Assembly: GCA_964016885.1 (NCBI GenBank)
Contig: OZ024740.1
Span: 50,034,001 to 50,098,000, forward strand
Length of the DNA stretch: 64,000 bases
Direction of reading: 5' to 3'
Source of the DNA: Eledone cirrhosa
Lineage: Eukaryota
The notes beneath the pieces are model-generated. The model worked only from the letters and a program-made list of their open reading frames with translations. It was not told where the DNA came from and searched no databases. Numbering within the stretch: the stretch's first letter is position 1; each line of letters opens with the position of its first letter. A program made the position numbers and the translations under genes. Shown piece after piece: positions 12,786 to 26,984 of the stretch.

Positions 12786-12898
12786 TAGATAGACAGATAG
12801 ACATCGGCTGGAAATAAACGTTATTTGTACCAGGTATGCAACAGAAACAAATCCGATGATCCCGTCTTCAGCAATGAGATAGTGATATTAATTATAAT

Positions 12899-13091
12899 AA
12901 TAATTGTTTCTACTATTGGCACAAGGCCAGCAATTACCCAGTACATTACTGGTACTTTATGTTATCGATCCCGTAAGGATGAAAGGCAAAGTTAACCTTG
13001 GCGGGATTTGAACTCAGAATGGCAAGGGCCGTAACTCTATGCGTCAAAGCATGACGTCCGATCCTCTACCGATACTGCCAATCCACCGCCC
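12899..13091 (-). mobile_element. tRNA-derived SINE, family 1
   Basis: Reverse complement of the 17793 and 50020 copies; A box TGGCAGTATCGG, B box GAGTTCAAATCC, core GCCTTTCATCCTTACGGGGTCGATAAA. Confidence 0.8.
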
Positions 13092-13699
13092 TAATTATAA
13101 TAATAATGGTTTGTAACTTAGGCGCAAGGATAAATAGATGAGGCGGGAGTTTCGGTTAAATCAATTCCAGTACTTGGCTGGCACTTTATATTATAGACGG
13201 GTATGAGAGCTCAAGATGTTGAACAATGTCGAAATACAATGAGAAACACCAAACAAGTTACAGTATAATATTAACTTCGAGTAAACGTGAGAACTCCAAT
13301 AACAATAGAGAGACATTAATAAATATATAATATATAGAACAGTACAGACTAAGAATAAGAACAAGCATAGGAGCAACTATATAGAGTGATGTGGTGTACC
13401 CCATATATAATTCCTGACTCCCCTGACACACAAAAGACGAATACTTTGTCACACATCTTATGATCAGCCTACATCTGCACAGTTAATCGTTTAGTCACAA
13501 TTTTTCCGCTTTCACACACTTTTCATAACATTTACTGAATGGTAGTAACCTATAACTCTACATTTACCTCTCTTTTCAATGGAAACTTAAAGTTGATGAA
13601 GGAAAAGTCCTGCATCAAAACTTTTAGCTCTGTCCGCCATGTAACGTCATTCGCCATAATCTGAAATGCACTGATCACTCAGACCACGATCACTCCTCT

Positions 13700-13815
13700 G
13701 TTTTTTATCCACCTGGAGGTCTGGTCAGTACCAGACTTCTAGCCCATTAACCGGACTCTCAGTCAAAGGACATAATGAACTTTCCTCTCCAGGTACTGAG
13801 TAGCCAGTCGACCCA
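13700..13815 (-). mobile_element. Tiny decayed fragment of the Tx1-like RT region
   Basis: ccacctggaggtctggtcagtaccagac matches copy C at ~7967-7994 (GPDLQVE region). Confidence 0.45.
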
Positions 13816-13858
13816 TGGGGATGATAGTTATGTACATAATCTATTGTAATCAATATTA

Positions 13859-13942
<84 letters not shown>

Positions 13943-14129
13943 AGGGCTTTCCTGATGATTTCCTTCGTATGAAAAAGTTGTAGTCCTGTAGAAGCCTTTT
14001 CTATATTAACTGTTGTTGAATACATTCTACTAATGTGTTGAGTACCTTACTTACTGTGGTTACCCCCGATTAAACCCGAGAGACACACTCACACACACAC
14101 ATACACACACACCACACACGCACACACAC

Positions 14130-14202
<73 letters not shown>

Positions 14203-14810
14203 GAGAGGGGAAGATATATATATATATTAAAGTATATAATTATACATGGGTGGATTTACAGAGATTCTCATAAAAAGTAACATTGTCGTTGTTTGTTTTT
14301 TTTACTATTTCGTGATATTTTGAGTTGGCATTAAATAAATTTACCTTCATCTTTATGAGCTTTTTTACAGTTAATAACGATTAATAATCTAAAAAGATAT
14401 GTAGGATGATATTAATTCCAATTTGAAGTGTATTAAAGTAATAATATTAATATTTATCTTATTTAAAGAAGTGTTCATGTAATAGTGAAGATATATTTAC
14501 ATATAATAGTCATATGAGAATATGAGGCAACATATTACATTCCAGACAGAAATTGATAATATCAGAAGTATAAAATGTTATCACTACCTCAGAGTGCACA
14601 TAATTTTCAGCTTCAGTGATTTTAATTGCTTTTGACTAAGCACAAGTTTTAGTGTTCATAGAAAAAGAAAACTGGATTTTTTACATACTTGCATAGATAC
14701 CATAAGCAATGGCATCAATCAGGAATCAAAAACGATTCATAGGCTCGATTCGTGGTACCTGATTCACGGTCAGTTTAGTTAAGATTTCATTCATGGTACC
14801 TGATTCACTG

Positions 14811-15070
14811 GAGGTGCGTGGTCTAGTAGTAAGAGTGTTGAACTTATAATCATAATGTCATGGGTTCGATTTCTGGGCTGGGTTGCATGTTGTGTACTTG
14901 AGAAAAACACTTCATTTCAAGTTGCTCCATTATACTCAACTGAAAATAAGTGCCAGCAATAGCTGGCGTCCTGTCCAGAGAGGAGTCTTGTACTCTTAGT
15001 CACTTCACGCCACGAAACCAGGATAGGCACCGGTCTAACGAGCCTTCTGGCTTAAGACAGACTTTAGACT
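14811..15070 (+). mobile_element. tRNA-derived SINE, family 2 (V-SINE-like motif CTGGCGTCCTGTCCAG)
   Basis: A and B boxes (GTGGTCTAGTAGT, GGTTCGATTTC); homologous to 56460-56715. Confidence 0.6.
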
Positions 15071-15376
15071 AGACTTAGACCTGATTCGCGGTCAGTTTAA
15101 CTAAGACTCAATTTGTAGTACTTAATTCACGGTCTGTTTAGCCACAACACTTCTCCCTTAAAAGAAATTGGAAGTTGGTGATAAAGAGCGAAAACCATAC
15201 CAATGGTTAATCCTGCAATAGGTACAACCAGTATTGTTTCAATGATAGCAGTGTTCCTATTTCACATTTGAAAATTAGAACAGAGAACAATTTTAGAAGA
15301 TTTCAACTTGGAATACAGGGTAACTTAAAAGCAACTGACTCCGTGCAAGATGTGTCATTGTATATTCCTTGGAATA

Positions 15377-15929
15377 CAGGGTAACTTAAAAGCAACTGGC
15401 CCCGTGCAAGTTCTGTGTCATTATATATTCATTTCTAACCGATCAACGTTAAATTTCAGGACATGGCAGATACAACGGCTGAGAAAAAACATGACCCCAA
15501 TGGGTGCTCCAGCACTAGATTTTCCGTGTGAAACACTACTATGTGACTCGTACAAGAAGGTCCAGGAACAAGACAATGCATTTTTTCGGAACGGATAAAT
15601 CTCCCTTTAAAGCCAATATACAAAACTGGGGGAGAGGTTTGAGACCTATGGGACAATGGAGAACCTCAATACAATGTGTGAGGACATTTCCTGGACGACT
15701 CTAGGTCTGTTTGTAAAGGCGTTATACTAAACTTCACCATGCGCTTCAAAGAATGCATGGTTTCAAATGGTTATCACTAGGAACATGCGCTGTAGCTCTG
15801 GACAAAAACATCAGATGACAATGTGTTTTTGATATGTTGTTTTTGATTGTCTGAACTAAATATATTCGGAGTTACATGAATAATGTAAAAGAAATATATA
15901 AATGGGGCCAGTTGTTTTTAGTCACCCTA
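15377..15929 (+). mobile_element. Internally deleted Tc1/mariner-family DNA transposon
   Basis: TA-CAGGGTAACTTAAAAGCAACTGGCCCC ... GGGGCCAGTTGTTTTTAGTCACCCTA-TA imperfect TIRs with TA flanks. Decayed transposase C-terminus NFTMRFKECMVSNGYH*EHAL*. The left ~60 bp is tandemly duplicated at ~15307-15368. Confidence 0.7.
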
Positions 15930-16283
15930 TATAATTCAAAATAAAATAATGTATTCTTTATTGCTATGTATGGTTAAACTGAAACAGATGTATTCTTGGA
16001 TGTCTTTCATTACACCAAAATCGATAGAAGATCGATGATGGGTGGCGGAAACAACGTGAAGCTGTATAAAATGCCTTGCAGTGTTTAGTAACGATTTGTT
16101 GAGTTCTTAATTCAAATTACGCTGAGGTTGACATTGCTTTTTATTATGTCAGTGTTCAACAAAATAGGTACTAGTCAAGTACTTGGTTGATTTAATTGCC
16201 TACGTTCTCTCTAAAATATGTGGTGTTGATCTCATGTAAGAAATCAGTATAATACTAGAGTTTATGGCTGCTTTATAGAGTGA

Positions 16284-16405
16284 AGATAAAATTCCGCTGA
16301 TGGACAATTTAGGGCAGATATAAACTTCCGGTGATAGACAATTTAAAGGGACATAAACTTCCGATGATGGAAAATTTAGAGCCGATATAGATACACTTCC
16401 GGTGA
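16284..16405. repeat. Short ~33-bp tandem repeat, about 3.5 copies
   Basis: ataaacttccggtgatggacaattta-like unit repeated. Confidence 0.65.
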
Positions 16406-17792
16406 GCTGAATATGCGTTACAAACTTAATTCATGATTGATTCCGTTTCCTTTTAATTATCCATTTTATACCAATTCCCATCGGAAATACATGAATGTCA
16501 TAACATTAATTCCGCTTATCAAAAAATATGAATCTAGTCAAACTCATTTTCAATTCCTGCCAATAAAACAATTCTTTCTACAGTTGGTTGTTGTTTGTTC
16601 TTTGTCTTTTTGTGTAGCCCCAGTACAGATCTGATCGAGTAAACCTATTCAGCCGAACAACTTGATGCAACTCACAAATCAATCATCCTAGTTGCGCTAT
16701 ACCTCTGTTTAGTTAAGATTCCCACTTCATACTCCGACGTAAAGAGATAAATTATATGGACTGTTGTGTGACAGTCTAGACATGCTCTATTCTACAGTAT
16801 GTTTTCTTTTATGTCTCAAGACAAGAATTTCCCATCTATTACATTTATATTTTTTTTATATTTCTCCTTAGAACTTAACCAACTCACATACTTTTTCTCT
16901 TGTGTTTGTTATTGCGCTAACAATTATACATTACAATTCTCTTTTATTTAATTCCTTTAAAATATTACTCGGTATCGTTTTTTGTTGCTTTTCTCGTTTT
17001 GTTTGTTTGTTTTCTGTTATATCATATCCCAATAACTGTCAACATCTAAGGGTGGTGAATTGGCTGAATTGATAAAGCGTCAGATAAAATACCATTGCGT
17101 GGACACCTTTGCTTTTTATTCTTCCGTTGTCGATAAAATAAGGTACCATCCCGATGCTAGAGTTGATTTAATCAACTTTGTCCTTCCTACAAATTTATTG
17201 GTCTTGTACATAAATTAGAAATTAATACTTGGGGATCCGATTCTTATATAAAGCACATCAATTTGAAATAATCTTCATCTATTTCGTCATCCTGTAGCTT
17301 CATAGTTATTTTATATTTGTTTACAGTATTTGATTACTATTATCAATGATGTATCAGAAAATTGTACACTTTGAGCTTTGAAAACATTCAACGGTCTCTT
17401 TTTTAAATATATCACGTTTTCTTTCTGCTTAGTTCATAGATCTTTCTTATAACATTATATGTGAATACCTCCATCTTTGAATATTTTCTAATAAGTATTT
17501 TTCTCATTCACAGTTATTTATCAGTATTTATTCCATTAAAACATTCATTTTTGTTTGTTATTTTATTGTTTTGTTAACGTCTGACTTAAAAAGCTATCCC
17601 GTCTCAATTGATCGGTTCGCAATTAGTCGAGAGGTTTCCAATGATAATGCTTTATCGGTCGTTAAATCAATGAAATACACTTTCATTAGTTTATGCTACA
17701 CACACGAGCGCAGACATGGCTGTGCGTAGACATCCACGTGCAATGTTTTCATATTTTGACAATTAAAAAGCAACAACTGTTATTACCCTAAA

Positions 17793-17966
17793 GGGCGGTG
17801 GATTGGCAGTATCGGTAGAGGGTCGGACGCCATGCTTTGCAGCATAGTTACGTCCCTTTACGATCTGAGTTCAAATCCCGCCGAGGTTGACTTTGCCTTT
17901 CATCCTTACGGGGTCGATAAAATAAAGTACCAGTAATGCACTGTGCCTAAAGTAGAGACAGTTATT
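17793..17966 (+). mobile_element. tRNA-derived SINE, family 1 (partial copy follows at 18180-18330)
   Basis: A and B boxes plus the shared core. Confidence 0.8.
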
Positions 17967-18689
17967 ACCTTATGTTGCCTCAATGATGATAAATGGCGGC
18001 TAGAGATGGATGGAATTACAAGATGTTATTTGCTTAAAATTTAAGAAAAGGGAATGTAAAGGGCCAGTTCCTAGTGATGCAACAGTGCTAATAATAAAAT
18101 ATAAAAAATATCGAGCAAACATTTCCATTCCAGCTTTCTTTGTTACAAGATCTATGTATGAGATGTATTATTATATAAAGGTAGAGAGTCGGACACCATG
18201 CTTTGAAGCATAGAGTTACGTCCCTTTATGATCTGAGTTGCCTTTCATCCTTACGGAGTCGATAAAATAAAGTACCAGTAATGTACTGGTTAATTGCTGG
18301 CCTTGTGCCAAAAGTAGAAACAATTATTATATAAAGGTAATTTATCATAGTGCTTATCTTGGAAAGGAAGTTGATATAGACAAACCATTGACACTATCAG
18401 TTTATATAGTTTTTTACAACATATTATTATCAGATATGACTATATATCTCTTCTACATTACATCCTGATTTCTAGGATAGCGTGGAAAATACTTTAAATT
18501 CTTTATTAATAACATTAGAGTAAGCTTGCATCTAGTTTATACTACTTAATAAAGTACATATAACTTGATTGACCTTGGTGTGTCCAATGTTACTCACAAA
18601 TGTTGTACCCGGAGTAAGTTTGTATCCTAGCCAATTTCTTCATTCTTTCCCTCTCAGCAGGGTTCTATTCCGACTTTTGTAAATATGCT

Positions 18690-19590
18690 ATAGTTCATAC
18701 AATCGCTACGAAAGACAACATATTTTACTCTGCTAACTATCGAAGTGTCTTTCTGACTTCCAACATTTCATAAGTGAAAAACGCCATTAACAAAACTTCC
18801 ACAAACTCTTCTGTCTCTCTCCTTACTCAATTACTCTCTTCAGTCTCTCTCTTTACTCAATTACTCTCAGTACATATTCAGTAAAGCTAGATTTACAGTA
18901 GTCATCTATGTCACTTCTCAATAGTTCCTTGCTCTCTTTGGTTTAAACAAAGCTATTGCACCAAAATACCGTATCTAGCATGATAATCCGCAGGCGAAGC
19001 TAGCGGCCTATCTTTCTCTGATGCAATTCTCTATGCGCTACACTCTATCATCGTTGGTGTGTCCAATGTTAGGCTCTGTCCAAAGAAATTCTTTCTGTGT
19101 ATGAGCATTAATGACCTACTTTCAGTCATATGTAATAACACTTTCCTTTGCAGATGATATCTTCACTTATCTTTAACCTTCCAAAGACATGCAACTTAAA
19201 GCTCACATGAAATGTACTACCTTCATGAAAAGAGATTTAACAAACGTTCTCAGTTGGATACATAACAATCATGTCTCCTTCAACAGTATACATACATAAT
19301 GGCTGTGTATATCGGTGAATCAATCTTGTATCTAACCCCTCTGATCTTGGACTATACGCTATTATAATCTTTAAAGTAATTACAAATTTCTAGGACTCAC
19401 AATCTTTTATTATCGATCCTGATATGCAAAACAGCAAAAACAGTTGGAGACTCTTTACAAATCTCAAATGAAACCCTCATTTGAATACTGCTTCTATATA
19501 TGGGACGGTGTTGCCATTAATCTTACGAACGGTCTAGATCACATCCAAATGAGAGCCATCTGGCGTTTAATACATTCCGCTGCCTAATAC
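18690..19590 (+). mobile_element. Decayed CR1/Jockey-like LINE RT fragment
   Basis: FADD at ~19148; LYKSQMKPSFEYCFYIWDG at ~19454-19510. Confidence 0.5.
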
Positions 19591-20186
19591 GCTGCGCTAC
19601 AGATATTCGCTCAATATGAATAGTATGCATCTTAATTACATTATGTAAATACCATATAGCTGTTTCACACATATTAAATAAGAACAGTGGATTAAGTAAA
19701 AGGGAAAACAGAGGTGATAATAATATGAGAGAATATCGATGAGAAGTAGAGTAGTAAAACGCATTGATTCAACGCTGTTATGGTATCTGAGAAGATACGT
19801 TAGCTACATACAAGAGAAAGAAAGGGGGAGATGGAAGTGTGATGAGAATTAGGAAGAGAGGTTTAATGTATTACCGGGAAAATGGGACACAGATACATAA
19901 AAAGAGAGAGAGAGGATATAGAAAGAGAGAAACATTTAGATATTTGAAGAATAAACACTATTTCATACAATTTTCATGGCCGTTTTTCGGGAAACTAGTA
20001 ATGGCACATTGTTTGAGAATGACATCGTAAAAACATTTTTTTAGTTTAGTTTTCTGATGGTTAAGCAGTGCCTTCTTTCATCCTTTCAATATTTTCAAAA
20101 GAAAGAATATAAATCACTATTACCTTCTTACATATTCATAACTAGAAATGTGTTTTTGATGATCAGAGAGGAGATACAGTTATGTA

Positions 20187-20238
<52 letters not shown>

Positions 20239-20733
20239 GTGAGGTCGATGGCAGAATCGTTATAATGTCAGACAAAATGACTTGCGGTATTTATTCTGAC
20301 TCTTTACATTCTTCGTTCAAATTCTACCAGCAGGATTTCAACTCTGCTTTCCAGCCTTCCAGCTATTCAATGTTAATGTTATCAGCTATTTATTCTTTTA
20401 CCTAAATTCGTATGTTTTTGTGTCTGCTTCATTTTTCTGGCCAAAGATTTAAGCTCTGTTCGTGCTATGTCTTCATATTTAGACTATTCTAAAACACTCT
20501 AACATCACAGAGTTTGAGAGCTCTATAAGAAAAGATTATTAGTTCTTTTCAGAAATTATTTTGAAATAAATTCACAATTTTATATTTAATATAAGATATT
20601 TATTATTGTTAAAGTTACATCACCCCGATATACTTGTCATGAATCCATAAAATAGAGAAAATATATTTAAACCATTCTATATTACCAGTAAATAGTAGTG
20701 TTAGTTTATATTTGTTTGGGCTTAACTTTATAT

Positions 20734-20791
<58 letters not shown>

Positions 20792-20792
20792 C

Positions 20793-20824
<32 letters not shown>

Positions 20825-22739
20825 TTCGCACGCTATTTACACACACACACACACACACAACTTTATTAATGTATCCCTAGAAGTATGTGTATGTGTATGT
20901 TTCCGTGCATCAATATGTACATGAAGCTTTTTCAGAAAGCATGATTGCGGTTGTGTGTGTGTGGTGAAGGTATATTTAATTAATTTCATTCCCTTTAATT
21001 AACATCCATTGTAACCAGTTGACTTACTAAGTAGTAGTATTTTAACGACTGATCTGTCTTTTACTTTTTTTTTTTCTTTTTGGCAGCTTTCGTGCAAATA
21101 CTTTCGTGCAAATACTATTACTTTTCTGAATACTACAACGTTCACTTATACTATAAGCTCTTCTATACCGAAATATATTGGGTTTTGTCATTGAAATATA
21201 TTTTTGAAGCTGTCAGTATCAAACATACGTTTTAATTCAATCAGGTTTTCCGTTCTTTCTACGAATAAACAATTTTTTTTTTATAGAAACACAATGGCAG
21301 TTAACGATTTGCCATACGACTCCTAAGGCAAAATGAATATTTATTTTAAAATAAGCTTTGTTGTTTACAAACGTATAACATCTAAGCATATAAACAGTTT
21401 TGATCGAAACATAAACCTGTTTAAACCATCAATATGTATGGGAAGTTGAATATGCTTCCTTGGTTTATTTAATTTATTGATAGTTTTACTCGATAAATAT
21501 TATATTATAGTCTCTTAGGAGCATTCCAGTGAGTGCAAATGACAGTAATATTTCCTTAATTTGAAATATTGCCTTTGATATATGTATGAACGTAACATAA
21601 TCTTTTTACACTTAACTATATATATTTAGTCTTTCTTATAAGGAGATAACCTTTCCTAATTTCGACATATTAGGTATTTTGTGTTCAATATAATGATTAA
21701 ATGATAAAGCAAAGATGAATATGAAAAGGTTCCATCTTCAGAAACGGGTTTTGTTTCAGATCAAGTAAATGTTAAGTTGGTTTACTCTACTCTCAATTAA
21801 CAAAATTTGTTTTAATATTCCTTGATTGCTTGTATTTCATCCAAAATCATATCAAATTATGCTCTATAACATTGATATCAAACCAGGCGATTAGTTAGAT
21901 TTACTACTCTACAATTGACAGATACAGCCTCTCAAGTACAGACACAATCTATACAGAATAAGTATAGAACAGGTATAGACCTGGTAATTTCCCTCACAAA
22001 TCTTGGGTTAAACCAGAACTTTGACTAACCAGCAGTTATAGTAAATATCACTGACCCAAGATGCTGCACAGTGTTATGTCTACGCCATTTTTTTTTTTTT
22101 ACGTTTACCCATATTTGTTGCGTTGTTCGATTAACTTTTGAGATACGTTATTACTTGTACAATGCATTTCCATCGAGAGATTTGACTGTCGTTTCAGGCA
22201 TCTCTAGTTACTTGGAGGTGGCACTCTTCTTGACTCATTATTGAAAAGTGTTAGATTCATTGTGAAACAATGTTTACTTGACAAATGGAATCCGTAAATT
22301 GGTTTCTATTCTCTTTTGAGTTTTCTATTATATTGACGTTATAATTCTCTTGGGGAAAATTAAGAAACTTATAACTTCTTAAGTATCTCCCTTTCATGAA
22401 ACAAATTCGTTTTTTATTAAGAAATTCTTCTTGTATTGAATACATTTAATATAGATCCTGAAGTCATTTATCTTGTTATACAACGGTGACAATGACTCTG
22501 GTTTTAGACGTCATCTTGAACGAAAACGCAAACCTGTCTGCAATTTCCATGTCATATGTTGTTGCTGATTGTGATTTCTATAAAATAATCTAAAGACTTA
22601 ATTATTTCTTTTCATAAGAAGTGATGTATCATATGTGAAATGTTATAAAAACATGATTTCTGTGTCAAATACAAAATACCATTATTCTTTTTTCCTTCAG
22701 TAGTTATATTCTTATTGAGTGCTTTCACATTACGGATCA

Positions 22740-23795
22740 CAGCTTTTTGCGGCTTGAGTACATGCAATGTTTTATTTTTTAGTATTTTATATGATATGTA
22801 TGCAGTACCTTGTAGTCATATCTTCTGTATGCTCAGAATATTTGTAAGTCCTGGGATTTTGCTTATGTATTTCTCAGCGCTATTTAAAATGCTTTTCAAC
22901 ATTCTTTTTGTTTTCAACCCCCGCTTTCTCTGATTCCAGACTTTTACATTACTCTTAAAGATACGTTATCTTAACAACAATATCCGCCTGACTAGCTTTG
23001 ATCTTTGTTTGTTTGGATTGGTATATCCTAGATTATGGTCACTTTTTCATTCTTCGATAATTCTTCTAATACATGTTAATATCACCTCTTCTATGTTGGT
23101 ATTTCATAATGCTGGTATAATTTCCATTACATTAAGTTTACACCTCTATCACTTGCCTGTATTTTCTCTTGTCTGGCACATCTAGACACAATGTAGTTTA
23201 TTATTCCATGACAATCTTATCATAGGCTGGAGAACACTCTCTAATTCTTTTATCCTTTACCTACATTTGGTTTAATTCTGTTATCTGTTTCTTTATCTAA
23301 CATGTCATTTGTGTTTTTAATTAACTTTTCTCTCCTCAAAGTAGCTTTTCTGTACTTTTTCAATTCAAATTTAATAAATTCTTCTAGTAAATCAAGGTAC
23401 AATCTGTAGCATTTGTTTATCATCTGCAGCATATAACTTAAAGTCAATCATATACAAAATATGGTTTGTTGTCCTCCAATAGCATTTGTATCCAATATCA
23501 ATATGTTTATTAAAGGTTTTCAATATTTCTCGTATAACAGAGATGGGGTTGGTTCTTATAAAACCCTCTGTTGTCTGTGTTTCTCGATTCCTTTGCCATT
23601 TGCGCATGTATCTGCTTATTATAGATGTTGCTTTACACATAGCTGTTTCCATGGTCCACGTGTGATTAATAATATCAAAAGCATTTGCTAGTCTCTACAT
23701 TTCATGCCAGAATCCTTATTTATCTTCCTGTAGTCGGTTGTGGTTTTGTTGATCAGTAACTGATCTTTAACTCATGTGAACCTCTGCAACATCTT
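22740..23795 (-). mobile_element. Heavily decayed R4-clade-like (RT plus restriction-like endonuclease) non-LTR retrotransposon
   Basis: Remnants of KDQLLINKT, NHILYM.D.KLYA, I*DIPIQTNK..KASQADIVV and a terminal GTA motif. Confidence 0.6.
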
Positions 23796-23799
23796 TGGC

Positions 23800-25680
23800 G
23801 AACCGTGACGGGTCAGAGACGGCAGCAGTCTACCAGTTCCTAACTTAACGGCCTGTCGCGACTCTCCACGTTTGATGCGAAGCACTGACAAAAAGCCGAT
23901 ATACGTGAAGCCCTGGCCGACTATACGAGGTGCAAATCACTAGTAGACATGCCAGACCTGTTTTCCAATGCCCTCGAAGCTATCTAATGCAATTGGCAGC
24001 AGAATGGGAGAATTTCCAGTTTTGTGAGTCGAGGCGTAGTAATAGATAATTTCCGGTCAATAACTCTGCTTAACACTGAGTTGAAGATTTTACCAAGGTG
24101 CTAGCAATGAGGTTGGCGGTTGTCAAGAGTCTGATAGGGGAAGCACAGACGTGCGCAATTCCGATCAGGTCCATATACGACAACCTTCACCTAAAGCGAT
24201 ACATCATAGAGAGGACGGGGGAGTAAACCTGGTATCAGTGGGGCTCTGATCAATCTAGATCAATCGAAAGCTTTCAATCGGGTCGACCATCGATACCTAG
24301 ATGTTGTCCTCAAAGCGACAGACTTTGGTCTCGTCTTCTGAGGCTAGATCGCTGCAATGCACAGCAGCATCTACTCGGTGGTTAATGTCAACGGCCACCG
24401 ATCGGAACCGTTCCAGACCACGCACTTCATCTACCAAGGTCACCCTCCCTTCTGTACGTTCTGACTCTCAAGTCACTACTGCAGAAGCTGGAGCTGATGC
24501 AGGGCATCTCGCGCGAATCGTGACGTGGAAGGGCTGTGTTGGCATATGCAAACGTCATCACATTGGTGGTGTCGAACACTTCGGAAATATAGGTGGTCGA
24601 CAACTTAGAGGAATATGAAAAATTGATGGGAGCAAAGATCAAGCCGGAAAAGTCGGTGGGTTTGCAGTTCGGCACCTGGAGAGGCAAATTCCTGCCAGTT
24701 GATCGTGGTCTAGTTTTGTTCAAACCTTTTGGGACAAGGTAACATGGTGAACAGATGTGGTCACTGTTTGTGACACAGCTTGTCTCTTTGACTGAGCTAC
24801 AGTCATGAATCAAGCGAAGACCGCGACTGGTTGCTTGGCATCTGGAATGTGGTCAAGCGCTCACAGCTCTCTACCAGTTGGGCAAACCGGTCATTGGAAA
24901 TCCCACTCTAGTATTATCTATTGGACTAATGGTGTGAAAATGTAACGAAATTCTCCGAGAAACTCGGGGTGTCGACGACATCGAACTACCCAGTCTGTTG
25001 CGGAGAACTTTCGAGCCGGGGACTATGGAAATTTTCCAGAAGTACCTGTCTTGACAGTGTTACTGGGGGGAAGGGGCACTGCCGATTCGGGACAAATTCT
25101 ACAGGCAAGAAGTTGCTATCAGACAAAACTGTCCGAGGTACGCAGATCGATGAAACCGTTCTGCATGCACTCATCCAGTGTCCAAGCATTGCTGACGTGT
25201 GGAGTTTTATCGAACAGCTATTATTGCGTGTTGGGCGGATCCGGCTATCCGGCTGTCTTTTGGGCGGAAATGGATGACTGTAGTGAAAGACCTTGAGTGG
25301 TGAACGCAGCTGAAAGGGATGAAAACAGACATTTCCCTATTCAGTTCAGCTCTCCTTTTCAAGTTCCACCTGAAAAGGAAGGTGAGGGTGAAGAGCGAAG
25401 TGCTGCCCCCAGGTGGGTGAATGTAGCGAGGATGGCCTAAGTGAATGGGTCTACTCTGACCATGTGTCGGTAGGCTGGAGAGTTTAGAAAAGAGAGGGGT
25501 ACCTTCCAATGATGCTCTTGATCTGTGAGGTTCCTAAATTACCTCTGTGTGTGGTACTCTCCGCTATTGTGGAATTTTATTGTTAGTAATTTATTGTTAA
25601 TTGTTATCTTTTTTAGACGTTTTATGTAAATCGTCCCTGTCCCTGTTTTTGTTGTCTATTATATTTCGGCCTTTGAGGCA
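23800..25680 (+). mobile_element. Old, internally deleted Tx1-like copy related to copies A-D
   Basis: Remnants of INLDQSKAFNRVDHRYL (~24248-24300), KSVGLQFGTWRGK (~24650-24690), ETVLHALIQCP (~25150) and a 3'UTR resembling copy C. Confidence 0.75.
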
Positions 25681-26984
25681 GTATTAGTAGAACATCGAAC
25701 ATGTTCTATTGTTTGTAGTTGGACCGCATAGAGGCATCTCTATAAAACTTTCAACTTGTTTTTGTCTGGGTGAGAGGAAGCGATTAGGCATAAAATAATT
25801 GTTGTTTTCTTGAAAAATATATACATTCCAGGTCAGAGACTAGGCCGTATTAGCCACTTGGTATTTTTTTCAGATATTTCGGGCCTCCTTTTGGCCTTTT
25901 GGCACTTTAACCTTTCAACCCTCTAGAGCTGACAGGCTTGACGGAGCCCCTAAGAGTCAAATTTATGAATGATGGAAGTTTGATTATAGAGTTAATAAAA
26001 ATTGTTTTACTATTTGATATTGTGTTGAGATGAAAAGTTCTTTTTATTGAATTTGATACTCGAAGCTACATTAAAAAGGACGATTTGAATAAATTACCAT
26101 TAATAAGAAACACATCAAAACACACTGTCTGTAGTGTTTTTATTTTATTTTTGCTAACTGTTGATGTACTTAGTCATTTCCCTGTATTTGTTATGTTTCT
26201 TATGAGAGGTGAAATGTTTTAATATATTCAGTGTCCGTTTCTCAGCGTATTTCCACACTTATTAAAATGATCTCATTTTGGCGTCAAAATTATTATTATT
26301 CCTTTCGTGCCGGTCGGCGTCGAGACTTCCGGTTCGGGTCACCGAACTGCTAATTTCCTCTGCAAAATCAGGAGGAATGCATATCATCAGAGGAAGGAGC
26401 CCCGCAATTTGGGAAAGTGATGCAGTGAGCGTCGCTGGCTATTCTACGCAGCGGTGCTTTCTCTATCTTCTATTCATTGCGCTCCTAAGATCTACTGCCC
26501 AGTCAACATTGAAGAGTTTTCTCGTATCTTTCCCTCATTATTTCATGTTATCCTTACGGGGTCGATAAAACACCTACACTACAGGTGAAAACATTCCTCG
26601 TAATTAACCCACCAATCAAAACAACTTTTACTGACCAGCATATGAACATTAGACTTTTTCCTACGCCATGTATATTCATTCCGTCATTACTACCACAGAG
26701 GTCCGACGAGCCATTGATTACAGAGTCGGGCTAGATTGATACAGATCGAACTTTGAGCTGATCAATAGCGAAACGCGTGTCACCAACCAATAAACGTAAA
26801 CATAATGAAGGAGTAACCATTCGTCCTTGTTTTATTTTATTATATATATATATAGTCCAGTGGCGGAATATTTCCAAGTATTGTAAAAATGTCTTTCTTT
26901 ATATTTCAGTGTGGAAACCTTACAGATTCAGCTGTATTTTCTTTCTTGATGCAACAGTAAGCTTTCACATGCGACGAACACATC

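Noticed and set aside
17793-17885. tRNA gene
   Set aside because: A and B boxes continue into a shared SINE core present in many diverged copies; no convincing cloverleaf.
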